In this document: positions 14,254 to 24,309 of the stretch, in pieces
Layout: each line of letters opens with the position of its first letter
How positions within the stretch are numbered: the stretch's first letter is position 1
Assembly (NCBI RefSeq): GCF_000143415.4
Contig: NW_003314299.1
Coordinates: forward strand, 1,100,063 to 1,164,062
Direction: 5' to 3'
From: Selaginella moellendorffii
Lineage: Eukaryota > Plantae > Lycopodiophyta
Length of the DNA: 64,000 nt
Notes under the pieces: generated by a model
Databases searched by the model: none
What the model saw: only the letters and a program-made list of their open reading frames with translations
Told to the model about the DNA's origin: nothing
Made by a program: the position numbers and the translations under genes

Positions 14254-15290
14254 TGTAGTGTATGTGGTTTTTTACCCTTATTCTATGGTGATTTACCATA
14301 GGATAACCACGAATCAGAATCACATGCCACATGTCCAAAGGATAGTGGTGTAGAACCCAAGTTTCAAGGCCTTGGGCCACTAAATGAAAGAATAGTGCCA
14401 AACTCCCAAGCAATAACACTAGAGCATGGAACAACTCTTGAGCGTACAGCTCAAAAAGTGAAGGAACAGGAGGGTGAAACAACTTGGAATAGTCCTAGAG
14501 CATCTAGCATCCCAATGTCAGGATCAACACGCAAAACAAAGCCAAATGGAGTCTAGTGCTATTTTAGCATACCAGTGGCCTAACGCAAGGATATGGGTAC
14601 TCCACCAGCTAGCATGGTGTGGAACTTGGGTTTAGACCCAAGCTGGACACAAAACTAAGACAGGCACACAAGCGGGAATTAAACTATGCCTTAGGTTAGT
14701 TGGCCATGCCTGATATACCCATTATCTCTATTATACATTTGGAACCCCCCATATCCCCCTCACCCCCCTCCCCCCTTCCTCTAAGGAATAGATGCTTTGG
14801 GCTTTCACCCCAAACTTAGTATCAAGAGTTAGTTTCTGAGACTAACTCAAAACTTATTAATATGGAATGGTGTTAGAATGTGAATTTTGGACATGGGACG
14901 AACACCATTGTGTTTAGGCTAATCTTTACATTCCATAGATATGCCAAATTATCAAATCTAGACACTTTTCATAATTAGCTAATAGAACGAAATGAGTCCA
15001 ATACAAAGGGCATGATAGCGAGGGTGTTTAGCAGACACAATAAGCTATTATTTAGTGAATATTGAGGGATCAATCTCAATATTGTAGGGGTTCTTGATAC
15101 TAGCAAGTGCAAGCTAATGACACAAGTTTATCAAACTAAGCTGAGTAAGTTCAGCAAAAAATACATAGGGTTCCTACCTTATGTTTATCTAATTTAAGTG
15201 CATGGCCATTGACCAGTTTTTCAACTAACTCAAGTGGGAATTGATAACAGGTCCAACAATACTAACCTCTTGCTGTTGTGGCAGTAAGGA
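14254..15290 (-). mobile_element. Second, older and truncated copy of the LTR at 4258-5389
   Basis: Colinear similarity (e.g. CTATGGTGATTTACCATAGGATAA, GGATATGGGTACTCCACCA, GGGCATGATAGCGAGGGTGTTT) with many CG>TG/CA changes. Similarity stops at ~15290. Confidence 0.9.
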
Positions 15291-15299
15291 AAGAAGGCT

Positions 15300-17250
15300 T
15301 AGAAATCTTTCCCTAAACTTGCATTCTAGCCAATCCAAGCCTAGCTCCTATCCACCTATATGATCCAAGAATTTTTCCTTGTTGACATTCCACTAGATAT
15401 GTGCTAACCCAGTTGTCATTATAGATCTTATTTAGAGAATGATGTTGTATACAAACCACCCATTAACCTCTTTGGCTGTGAAAAGAGTGGAAAGCCAATC
15501 CTGATTTTTGTCTATCTGACCTTTGAAAGAAGGAAGTTTGAACTTTCTTGAAATCATAGAATCTCATGGAATGTAGTGACTCCACCTTTGAACACTCATG
15601 GAGGGGGAATTATTGGTCTCTTATGCATGGTTAGCTTGAATATTGAGCTATAAGCCATTGGGACATGTATATCCTCCTCTACAAGTCCTCGTGTGTTCCA
15701 TGGCACCTCAAATTCCTCCCAATTTGAATCATCTAACACCTCACTTTCCTTCTACATAGAATATTTGACCCGATGTCCTGCTCTTCTCCACTTGATGGAT
15801 GATTTGTTGGTGGAGAGTTTGTACATCACCCTCCAACATCCAAGAATCCACCATTACCACCATATTTCAAATTAAATATCTAATTCCATTCATCTTGACC
15901 TTCAGCATGCTAAAAACCCCTTTGCTTGATCAAAAGATGGTGTGGATCTTCCTCCTCAACTAGATCTAGTCGGGCATTTGAAGTTCCCATCTAGCCTAGA
16001 ATGTTGAAACCCTTGATGCCAATCTACTGCCAAAAGCCTCATTGATCTTCCTCCTCTTTCACTAGGCTTATTTGCTGCCTCTTGAGCTACTGCTGCCTTT
16101 TAATGAATTAATTACTTGTCTAAATCCAAGCTGGGACTGATCAATATGGCGGTAGTGGAAGGGTACCACATAGTGGCTAATTGTTACTTCTTTGTTAACT
16201 TCTAGCATTTCGCTGCCCTAGGCCTACCCAACTCTGATCTAGCCTGATAGTGGCCTTCCACCAGCTGGGAATGATGCAGCCTAGCTCCTAGTGCTGTGGG
16301 TATGCTTCAGACTGTAGCAAATGATGATTCCTGGTCACCCGAGTAGTATCAACTCCTTAAATCATTCTCCTTTGTTCACTGTGACTCCACTAACTCACTT
16401 CTGTCTCTCCTTGGGTGATGCCTCTCTACATTTGGGATCACCATGTTTCCATATCCAAGTAAGTCCCTCATCCAAAAGATGTCAGACCAGCCTTTTTCTC
16501 TTTCAGACTAGTGGGACAACTCTAAACACTCTTTCTGTACCTAGACAAGCTCAGGAACACTATGTTTTTGCGACTAATCGCAAGCTACACTAAGATTCTT
16601 CTCCAACTCATGGTGACTGAGTTCCTTCCTCACTCTGGACATGGAAGAATTGCAAAACACACTTAATAAACTCAAACAAACTCGGAAACACTATGTTGCC
16701 ATAGTTGATCTTGAGCCACACAAAGATTCCTCACTTCTCTCTGGAAGGAAATTCTCTTTACAAGATCTAAGAGCCAATGCTTGTAGTTGTTCAAGGACTT
16801 TAAACTCCTGCCTTTTATATTCCCAAATCTACCTTTTATACTCCCAAATATGAGATTCCTTTATGCTACTTGATGATGCTTTTCCATAAGATTCTTGTGT
16901 CTGGATCTCCCAATGCTGCAGTTTTGCTAAACCACAACTCCTTCTAGAAGCCAGCACCTTAATTCCTTGTGCCTAGCCCCCAAAATCTTTAATTTCACCA
17001 CCTAGCACTTCTTCCCTTTCATCTTTCACATCACAAGCCTTGTGGATCAAACCCAACTTTGATTTTTCTCCTGCACATTCCAAGAGCAAATTGTAAAAGC
17101 TTGTAAGATGTTATGGTTTGGTTTAAGACATGCTGCCACTTCTTGTAACATCTTGGAAGAGAGATTCATCTCCTTGCCCAACTATAAAGCATGGGACCTA
17201 ACTACATGGATGCAATGCAAGTTTTATTTGCTATGGAAGTCCATTTTGCC
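15300..17250 (-). mobile_element. Degenerate retrotransposon gag region
   Basis: Minus-strand KFKLPSFKGQID..QDWL (gag-like) at ~15490-15550. CpG-poor decayed sequence with no intact ORF. Confidence 0.45.
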
Positions 17251-17306
17251 CTACCTCCTACTATCAATAAGAAATTTCTCCCAATCAGGGACACTGTGCT
17301 TTCCAG

Positions 17307-17793
17307 ACAGAGATGCCGCTGTGGAATGCGAGGCAGAATTGACAAGAAAGAGCAAGGCAAGTAGTTTTCCTCTCTTGAACTGTCATCGATCGATCGAACT
17401 TGTGACTAATAGACGGTCAGAAATACTCCCCTGGGGTGGACATGGCGGTCTCGTTTCTCAAATTCTACAAGAGTAAGAAACGCGTGAAGCGATGCGATTG
17501 AAATTCCAGAACATTTCTAATAGCCCTCTTCTTTTCTTTAGGAGAGATTTCGCCGCTGCTGCCCGGTTCCTGTAGATTTGTGCCAACTTGCAGCGATTAC
17601 TCAATCCAAGCATACCAAAAGTATGGCGTCGTCAAAGGCACAATCCTGACTGGGTCTCGCCTCCTTCGCTGCAATCCTCTAGGTGGGTGGAGTTCAATCA
17701 ATTCTAAGGCTGCGATTGATGGTTTTCGACGCGACAGGCCCCTCCGGATTTGATCCACCGCGCTGGTTTGACGAGGAGATCAACGAGAAATGA
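17307..17793 (+). CDS. YidD/UPF0161 membrane protein insertion efficiency factor-like (5' end uncertain)
   Basis: Spliced [14 protein letters not shown]|[46 protein letters not shown]|[15 protein letters not shown] introns at 17473-17541 and 17683-17737; stop TGA at 17791. Confidence 0.88.
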
Positions 17794-18122
17794 GTGTGCT
17801 CTGTTTTTAGGGTTCTTCGTAACTTATAAAAAATCGGTTTTTTACCATTTCCAAAACATTTACAATTATCTCTTCTCTCAACGGCAGCAAATCATAGGGG
17901 AAAACCAAAGGAAAATAATGAAAGAGGAATTTACCTGCGAGGCAATTAGAAAAAGAAGGAAGAGATCGGCAGGGGGAGGAGAATTGGGATTTACACTTTG
18001 TGCCATCCAAAGAAGCAAAGGGGGAAAAAACGAAAATTAGCACCCGATTTTAATCGTCGCTCGATCGATCGCAAGAGGGACGCTCCTTCCTTCCATCCAA
18101 CAAGCTGGGCGATCTCCCCTCT

Positions 18123-19274
18123 TCAGTTGATTGCCACCAGCTCGTTCACCCATCCCAGATCGGGGCAATTCTCGCCGCCACACTCGGCCAGATTCTTCGA
18201 CTGATCGAATCGCTGCGCGTAGTACTCGTCGTCGATCGCAGTCCGGCTCCAAATGCTGGGCGATCCCATGCCCAGCGACGGCGAGAGCGATCGCGCGCAG
18301 TCATTCGATCGAAAGAGAGGAGATCTTCCATAGGGCGACGGCGACACGGGCGGGGACGAATATCCCCCAGGCGGCACGGAATATCCCACCCCGGGCTCGT
18401 TGAGTTCCATCTGCCTGTGCAGTGCCGCCACCAGGCTAGCGGCATTGCTAGTGCGCGAATTGAACGACAGCGATTGCCCCAGCAGCCTGGACCGTCGATC
18501 CGCCTCTACCGCCGCGGCGGCGGCGGCGGCCGCCGTGACGTGCGGCATCGACTTCATCCTCTCCAGCGCCGCCGCCACGTGCCGCTGCGGCACCGCGGCG
18601 GCGGCGGCCAGCAGCGCGTGCGCGTCCGCCACCGCCGCGGCATGCGCGATGGACTTGAGCAGCGCGGCGTCCCTCGGCGGCGTGCCGCGCGGCGTACCGC
18701 ACGGCGAGAGCGGCGGCGAGTTGTCCACCGGCGAGAGCGGCGGTGAGGAGGCAGAAGAGATCGAAGAAGCGGAAGACGAAGAAGTGGGCGATGGGAGGCG
18801 CAGCTGCTCGGGCGTGTGCGCGAAGAAGCACACCTTGCGCTTGCAATTCCGGCCGTCCTTGCAGGGCTGGGTGCGGTACCGCGCGGGATGCAGCCAGCAC
18901 TCGAACACGCCGTGCGCCAGATCGCAGCTGTCCCCGTTCTTGCAGCAGCCCTTGCGGAAGTCGGGGCACGACGTGCCCGAGTAGTGGAAGCGGCGGGGAT
19001 CCCTCCGCCGCGCCTTCTCGCCCGGATGCGCAAAGGGGCACTCTGTCCAGTCGTGGCTCCGCCCGCGCATGCACCGCCGGACCTTGAATTCGAACATCCG
19101 GAACTCGTCGCACGCGTAGAGGTGCTCCGGCGACCACGAATCCTCGTTGTTGGAGGGCAGGAATTTGTGGAGCGCCCCCATGCTTGTCGGGCTGTCGCAG
19201 CTCCCGCTGTCGGCCGACACCGATCCAAACGCATTGCCGCCGCTGCCGCCGCCCATCCCTACATGCAGATCCAT
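18123..19274 (-). CDS. Tandem CCCH zinc finger protein (plant RR-TZF family), intronless
   Basis: [36 protein letters not shown], two CCCH fingers and C-terminal [10 protein letters not shown]. Confidence 0.96.
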   Translation of the reverse strand: MDLHVGMGGGSGGNAFGSVSADSGSCDSPTSMGALHKFLPSNNEDSWSPEHLYACDEFRMFEFKVRRCMRGRSHDWTECPFAHPGEKARRRDPRRFHYSGTSCPDFRKGCCKNGDSCDLAHGVFECWLHPARYRTQPCKDGRNCKRKVCFFAHTPEQLRLPSPTSSSSASSISSASSPPLSPVDNSPPLSPCGTPRGTPPRDAALLKSIAHAAAVADAHALLAAAAAVPQRHVAAALERMKSMPHVTAAAAAAAAVEADRRSRLLGQSLSFNSRTSNAASLVAALHRQMELNEPGVGYSVPPGGYSSPPVSPSPYGRSPLFRSNDCARSLSPSLGMGSPSIWSRTAIDDEYYAQRFDQSKNLAECGGENCPDLGWVNELVAIN

Positions 19275-19384
19275 CCCCGCGCTCGAGCTCGCTCGCGCTG
19301 TTCTTCTTCTTGTGTGATCTTCTTCTAATCTACGCTGCCTCCCCTCTCTTCTTCTTTCTTTGCGAGCAAAGCACCGCGCGGTCT

Positions 19385-19497
19385 TCTTATCCGCGCTCTG
19401 CTTATAAACGGATCAAAACCCTTCCCGCTTGACACGTGGCGCGGTGCAGGCCCTCGGATTAAAGAGATCCGTCACACAAATGCCACGGACACGTGGC
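19385..19497 (-). promoter_or_regulatory. TZF promoter: TATA-like box and two identical ABRE/G-boxes (GACACGTGGC)
   Basis: GACACGTGGC at 19431-19440 and 19488-19497, TTTATAAG at ~19401-19408 and CTTATCC at 19385. Confidence 0.6.
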
Positions 19498-20870
19498 GGG
19501 ACGTACCATGTGCGATATGGCCAATCCCACGGCCGCGGATCGTTTTGCAGGTTAACGGCAAGGGGACGTACGCTAACGCCGCTAGTGCCAGACGCGTTAA
19601 CGACCTAGTAGTCAACAAAGCAGCGCCGCGAAGGTTCGAGCGGGCCTTAACGCGGCGTGCCCTAGCCCCAGGTGGGAATCGACCCCGCGACGCGCGACTT
19701 TCTCTTTTTCTTTTGCGGTCACGTTGATGTCGTGTCAAGTTTATAGGCGAGATTCCCCTGGAATCTTGACATTTATATTGGCTTCTTCAAGGTTTGGATT
19801 GGGTAAGCACACATCATCTTTTTTAACTTTCAAGCAGGCCATAGTGGAGAATACTATTGATACTGTGAGCCCCCGTCCCCGTGTCCTTCGCGAAGAAAAA
19901 AAAAAAGAAAACGACCTTGCTCTTAACATTAGTACTATAGCGATTATAATATCTTTTACTTCCTCCACGTAGTGCTTTGGATTTGATGACATCTCCACTT
20001 TGATGAAAGCTTTTACTTTCTATTTCTTTCTTATTCACCGGGTCAAGCTGACCAAACATCTCACATGACCCAGGCGATTAACTTATTCACTTAAAGGTGA
20101 AGGCCCCGCGTTATTCCATCTACTTTAACCGTGTCGCGTTTGTGCGCCACTCGCTAGCTAGCTAGTGCCAAAGTGAATGTTTGGACAAAAAAGTTTCCCC
20201 TTTATTATTTACCCCACACGTCCTTGTTTCCGCTAATGCAATGAACCTTGTATGCCCAATGTATGTCGGCTCATGGTTTGTATTAATCTCGTATAATCCC
20301 ATGTGGCCCTGAGGTTGTTTATATGTTCTATCAGCCTCACGTGCGCGTGGGCACTTATCCGCAACGTTGTCGCGGTGGAATATTCTCCGAGGATATCCTT
20401 ATCCCGGGCCTTGCATGGGGCCCGGGGGCCGGCGTACGGATATCGGTTTCGCGACAACGATAAAAAGTGAGGCCTCGTGACGTGGTTGTGGATAGGCACG
20501 AGGGCGGCCATACCTCCTCATTATTAACAAATATCTTCTTTAATTATGTTCTTATTTTTCCCTCCTGCCCCTTTTTTCTCCTCCTTGCGCATGAAAGAAA
20601 ATCTCATCCATCCAAGCCTGTCGCTCTCGGATTCGATTCGATTTGGTCCCCTGTTCCGGGACCCGCCAGGATCGCTACTACTACCAGGAATATGCTGCTA
20701 CCGGTGATGGAATGTGCGAGGCAGCGGAATATGCTGCTGGCGGAATGTCCTGCGCATGTTTTTGAAAGTTTGAAAGACTTGTGGCGCTAACTGCGGGGAT
20801 GGGCTCCGTTACAAAAAGAGAGTCGACACATTGAATGCCTCGCAGCACCAGATTTTTTGGAGATCGATTC

Positions 20871-21854
20871 ATGACACTCGGAGCTCTGGTGTTCTTCGCT
20901 GCTGTATTGGCTGTGATTTGCGATGCCAGGAGTCTGAATGAAACGCTGTTCAGATCGTCTGCAATGGAGATCAATGTGATCAATGCTAGCGAGTGGCAGA
21001 CCGGAAGGGGAACTTGGTATGGTCCTCCCCTTGGCACTGGAACAAACAGTGAGCTAGTTTGGTCGCATGTTTAAATGATGATATCATCGGTTCTGATCGA
21101 TTCTCTTTTGTGCAGCGGGTGCCTGTGGGTATGGCGAACTTGAGGGGACTCCTTACGATTCCAATATCGTCGCCATAGGAAGCGAGACCTTTAACAATGG
21201 CCTTGGGTGTGGAGCTTGCTTCGAGGTAAATTGCTAGCTCTAGCAGAAGAAGTGAAAGGTTTCCTGAATCTTGGTGAGAATTTGATTTGATCAATGATTT
21301 AGGTAAGGTGTGTCAATGACACGATTTGCCGAGAGGAGCCCACGACTGTGGTGGTGGTGACTGACGAATGCCCAGAGTGTCCCGCGGACCAGCTAGACTT
21401 CAGCGGCACAGCGTTTGAGAGCCTCGCAATAGAAGGTCAAGGTGACGCTCTTCGAGCCAGGGGCATCATTTCAATCGAGTATAGACGGTAAAACCATCTG
21501 GATATAGTCGATCACAAGAGAATAACACCTCTATATTGATCCAGGAAGTCTTGCGACTTTGCAGCCAACATCACCTTCGAAGTTGTGCCCGGATCAAACG
21601 AGTTTTGGATCGCGTTCGTGGTGAAGTACGTGCCAGGATACGGGGCGCTTCAAAGCGTGGAAGTCCAGAGCAGTGGAAGCAACACTTGGGAGAACGCCGC
21701 TCACCTGTGGGGAGCGGTGTGGCAAATCGATGGCCCTTTGACAACTCCAACTTCGGTGAGGGTGACGACCGTGGGTGGCGAAGTTGCCACTTGTGTTCTA
21801 ACCGGGATCACGAGCTGGTCGCCTGGGGAAACTTCTACTTGCGGTGAAAGTTGA
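20871..21854 (+). CDS. Beta-expansin-like protein (4 exons)
   Basis: Signal peptide, then GTWYG..GACGYG..FNNGLGCGACFEV, TDECP, LDFSGTAF and a CBM63-like C-terminal domain (WIAFVVKYV..WGAVWQ). Confidence 0.9.
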
Positions 21855-22277
21855 CTGACAATATAGTAGATATAAAAATTTAACTATTATTTAGAAGTAA
21901 TAATCATAATTAAGTAATTTAATCGCGGTTGTTCAGCATGCATCAATACCTATAGTTTCCTTTTTGTTATGGACGTTTAAGCTTCAAGATGCAGGAACTG
22001 TGATCCATCGCATTACTTTGGATGCTTGACCTTTAAGATTTGATTCCATGAAAGAAACAATTTAGTTTAATCATTATGTTTCCTTGTTTATAAATCACTA
22101 GATTTTTTCTTTCATGCAAAAAGTTTAAAGACTAAATTAAGCACTCGTTTTAGAGAAAAAATTAAAAATAAATCAAACATATATAAATTATTTGTATTAT
22201 ATAAATAATAAATAAATCATTATTAAGCCTTCTACCTTTTACTACTATAAAACTAAGTAATGTTATTTTAGGGCTAA

Positions 22278-22901
22278 ATGTTGAGAAAGTCTTTACATGG
22301 GGTGGTTTGTGATCTGGATGGAACGCTACGGATCCCGCCCTCGCTCGATCTCAAAGCCTTGCTATCCTCACTCGCAAATCGCAAGTTTCCATCCAAGGAC
22401 GAGGCCGAGCTAGCACGCCAGGCTGTAGAAAGGGCAAAGGCGCTCCGGAGCTCTGGCAAGGCATCACTCCCCGGGGCATTAGAGCTCTGCGACTTCATTG
22501 ATTCAATCCCACTGCCGCGCGCGATCATCACGTTGAGCAGCAGAGCTGACGTGCAGAAACACGAGGCGAAGGAGCTCGCGAGGGCGTCGAGGAGATTTTC
22601 ACCGATTTTTGGGGGGCAGGAGAAGGTGGTGAAGCCGTCGCCCGAGCCGCTGCTGCGAGTGTGCCACAAGTGGGGCGTGGAGCCAGGCCAAGTTTTGATG
22701 GTGGGCGATTCTGCGAAGTATGATGTCGCCTGCGGCAACAGCGCAGGAGCAATCACTTGCCTCATTGATCCGCTGTTTCGATACAGGATTGACGAGCTCA
22801 CCGGCGAGCGGCGGCCTGATTTCGTCGTCCATTCCCTCCACGAGATCCAAGAACTCATCAGAAAGATCGGCTACGTTCCCTTTGATTGTAAATTTGATTA
22901 G
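22278..22901 (+). CDS. HAD-superfamily hydrolase (At2g33255-like), intronless
   Basis: Motif I DLDGTL, KPSPEP, MVGDS..D, AGAITCL and PDFVVHSL. Confidence 0.85.
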   Translation: MLRKSLHGVVCDLDGTLRIPPSLDLKALLSSLANRKFPSKDEAELARQAVERAKALRSSGKASLPGALELCDFIDSIPLPRAIITLSSRADVQKHEAKELARASRRFSPIFGGQEKVVKPSPEPLLRVCHKWGVEPGQVLMVGDSAKYDVACGNSAGAITCLIDPLFRYRIDELTGERRPDFVVHSLHEIQELIRKIGYVPFDCKFD

Positions 22902-23179
22902 AGAGAAATATACTTACTTTGCGCTTTGATTATAGAGGACTTACTAGAACCCGCTAGAACCCTAGAGCGAAGTGGTCTCGATTTGTCGCGCAGACCCGAG
23001 GTTGGTTCTTATTTCTCGTTAGATGCAATGCCGCTATTGGAGATCATGGGTGTTTTCGTAGTTTCTTGTTGTGATTCTCAGCTTCGTTTTCTTGACGATT
23101 GACAATACTCTGCGATTTCCTGTTAAATTTTGTGGTTTTTAACACACTCCTCTAACGAGATTTTGTTCTTGGACGAAGA

Positions 23180-24147
23180 ATGTTCCGCAACCTGGTGTCT
23201 GCGGCTAAGAGAGGTTTGCTCGCTCTAAAATTTTCGCTTGGAGTTTAAAGTTTTTCCTGGCCTCTCTTGGTAGTGTTCCAGCTGCAGCCTCCGAGCCAGC
23301 AACACCTCTTCTCGCTCACCACAGAGAAGGAGCTTGCCGCATGGGAGCACTACTCGGATAAAAGCTTTGGAGGTTCGTGAAGAGCTGGTAAAGTTCTTCG
23401 CTACTCGTTTTTTTATTTTGCTTCAGGGCTGTCAACGAGCAACTTTGGACTGGGCAGCGAAGGCAAAGGTTTCGTGACACCTTCTTCGAAGTTCTAATTT
23501 TCTCACGGATCTTTCAGCTGTTTTCTGGGGAGATCTCAGCCTGGAGCTCGACCAGGACAAGGTCGTGCGGATCAAAAAGAGTGGATTCGCAGGACTCAAC
23601 ACGAAAAGGGTGAGTGAATCACTACTTCGAACTCAAACGTTTTTTTCTTGCTCCTAGGACTATGGAATTTTTGATCTTGCTCCATTCGATGTGATCGAGA
23701 TGCGTCTCAAAGGGGATGGACGCGCCTACATGACCAGCGTAAGAAACTCTTTTTTCGTCTTGAGTTTTTTCTCTCTTTTTTCATGCTTTTCATTGTAGTT
23801 GCGGACAGAGAACTGGGTTGACAGAGCTATCGCCGATGATAATAGTTGGCATCACGTAATTCACACAAGCAATGGCGAGTGGAAAATCTACAAGGTAAAT
23901 AGCTGCAAGCTAAACGATCCAAAAGCTTGTTCTGTATACGCAGCTTGCGATCAAAGACTACAAGAGGACATGGCACGGCCGAGTTTTGGAAGAACAATGC
24001 GAGATCAATCTTTCTAGGATTGTGGGAATGGGAATCCATGTCACGGCGAGAACAATGGCGGGAGAAATCCAGGGACCGGGTCCTTACAGGCTAGAGCTCG
24101 ACTGGATGAGAGCAGTGAGAACGAAAGACTTCCATAGAGATTTCTGA
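23180..24147 (+). CDS. Complex I intermediate-associated protein 30 (CIA30/NDUFAF1), multi-exon
   Basis: WEHYSDKSFGG, KSGFAG, RLKGDGRAY, LRTENWV and GPYRLELDWMRA across short GT-AG introns. Confidence 0.88.
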
Positions 24148-24309
24148 GACACTAGAGGTGAGCGAAGTTTTGTTTTGGATTAATACTTAGCTCGGAGTCC
24201 TACACATAGCAAAGTTTTCGGTCCAGCAATAAAAGGAAGGAAAAGTCGATGCATACCAATAGTTTTGCTTGCTCACTAGAATGAATCCAAGCCAATCGGT
24301 GAAACTATT

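Noticed and set aside
18131-19328. Many long overlapping ORFs on both strands around the TZF gene
   Set aside because: Shadow ORFs of a very GC-rich CDS with no motifs.
20687-20750. Duplicated GGAATATGCTGCT upstream of the expansin as a small Cys-rich peptide gene
   Set aside because: No signal peptide or convincing ORF; probably a local duplication.
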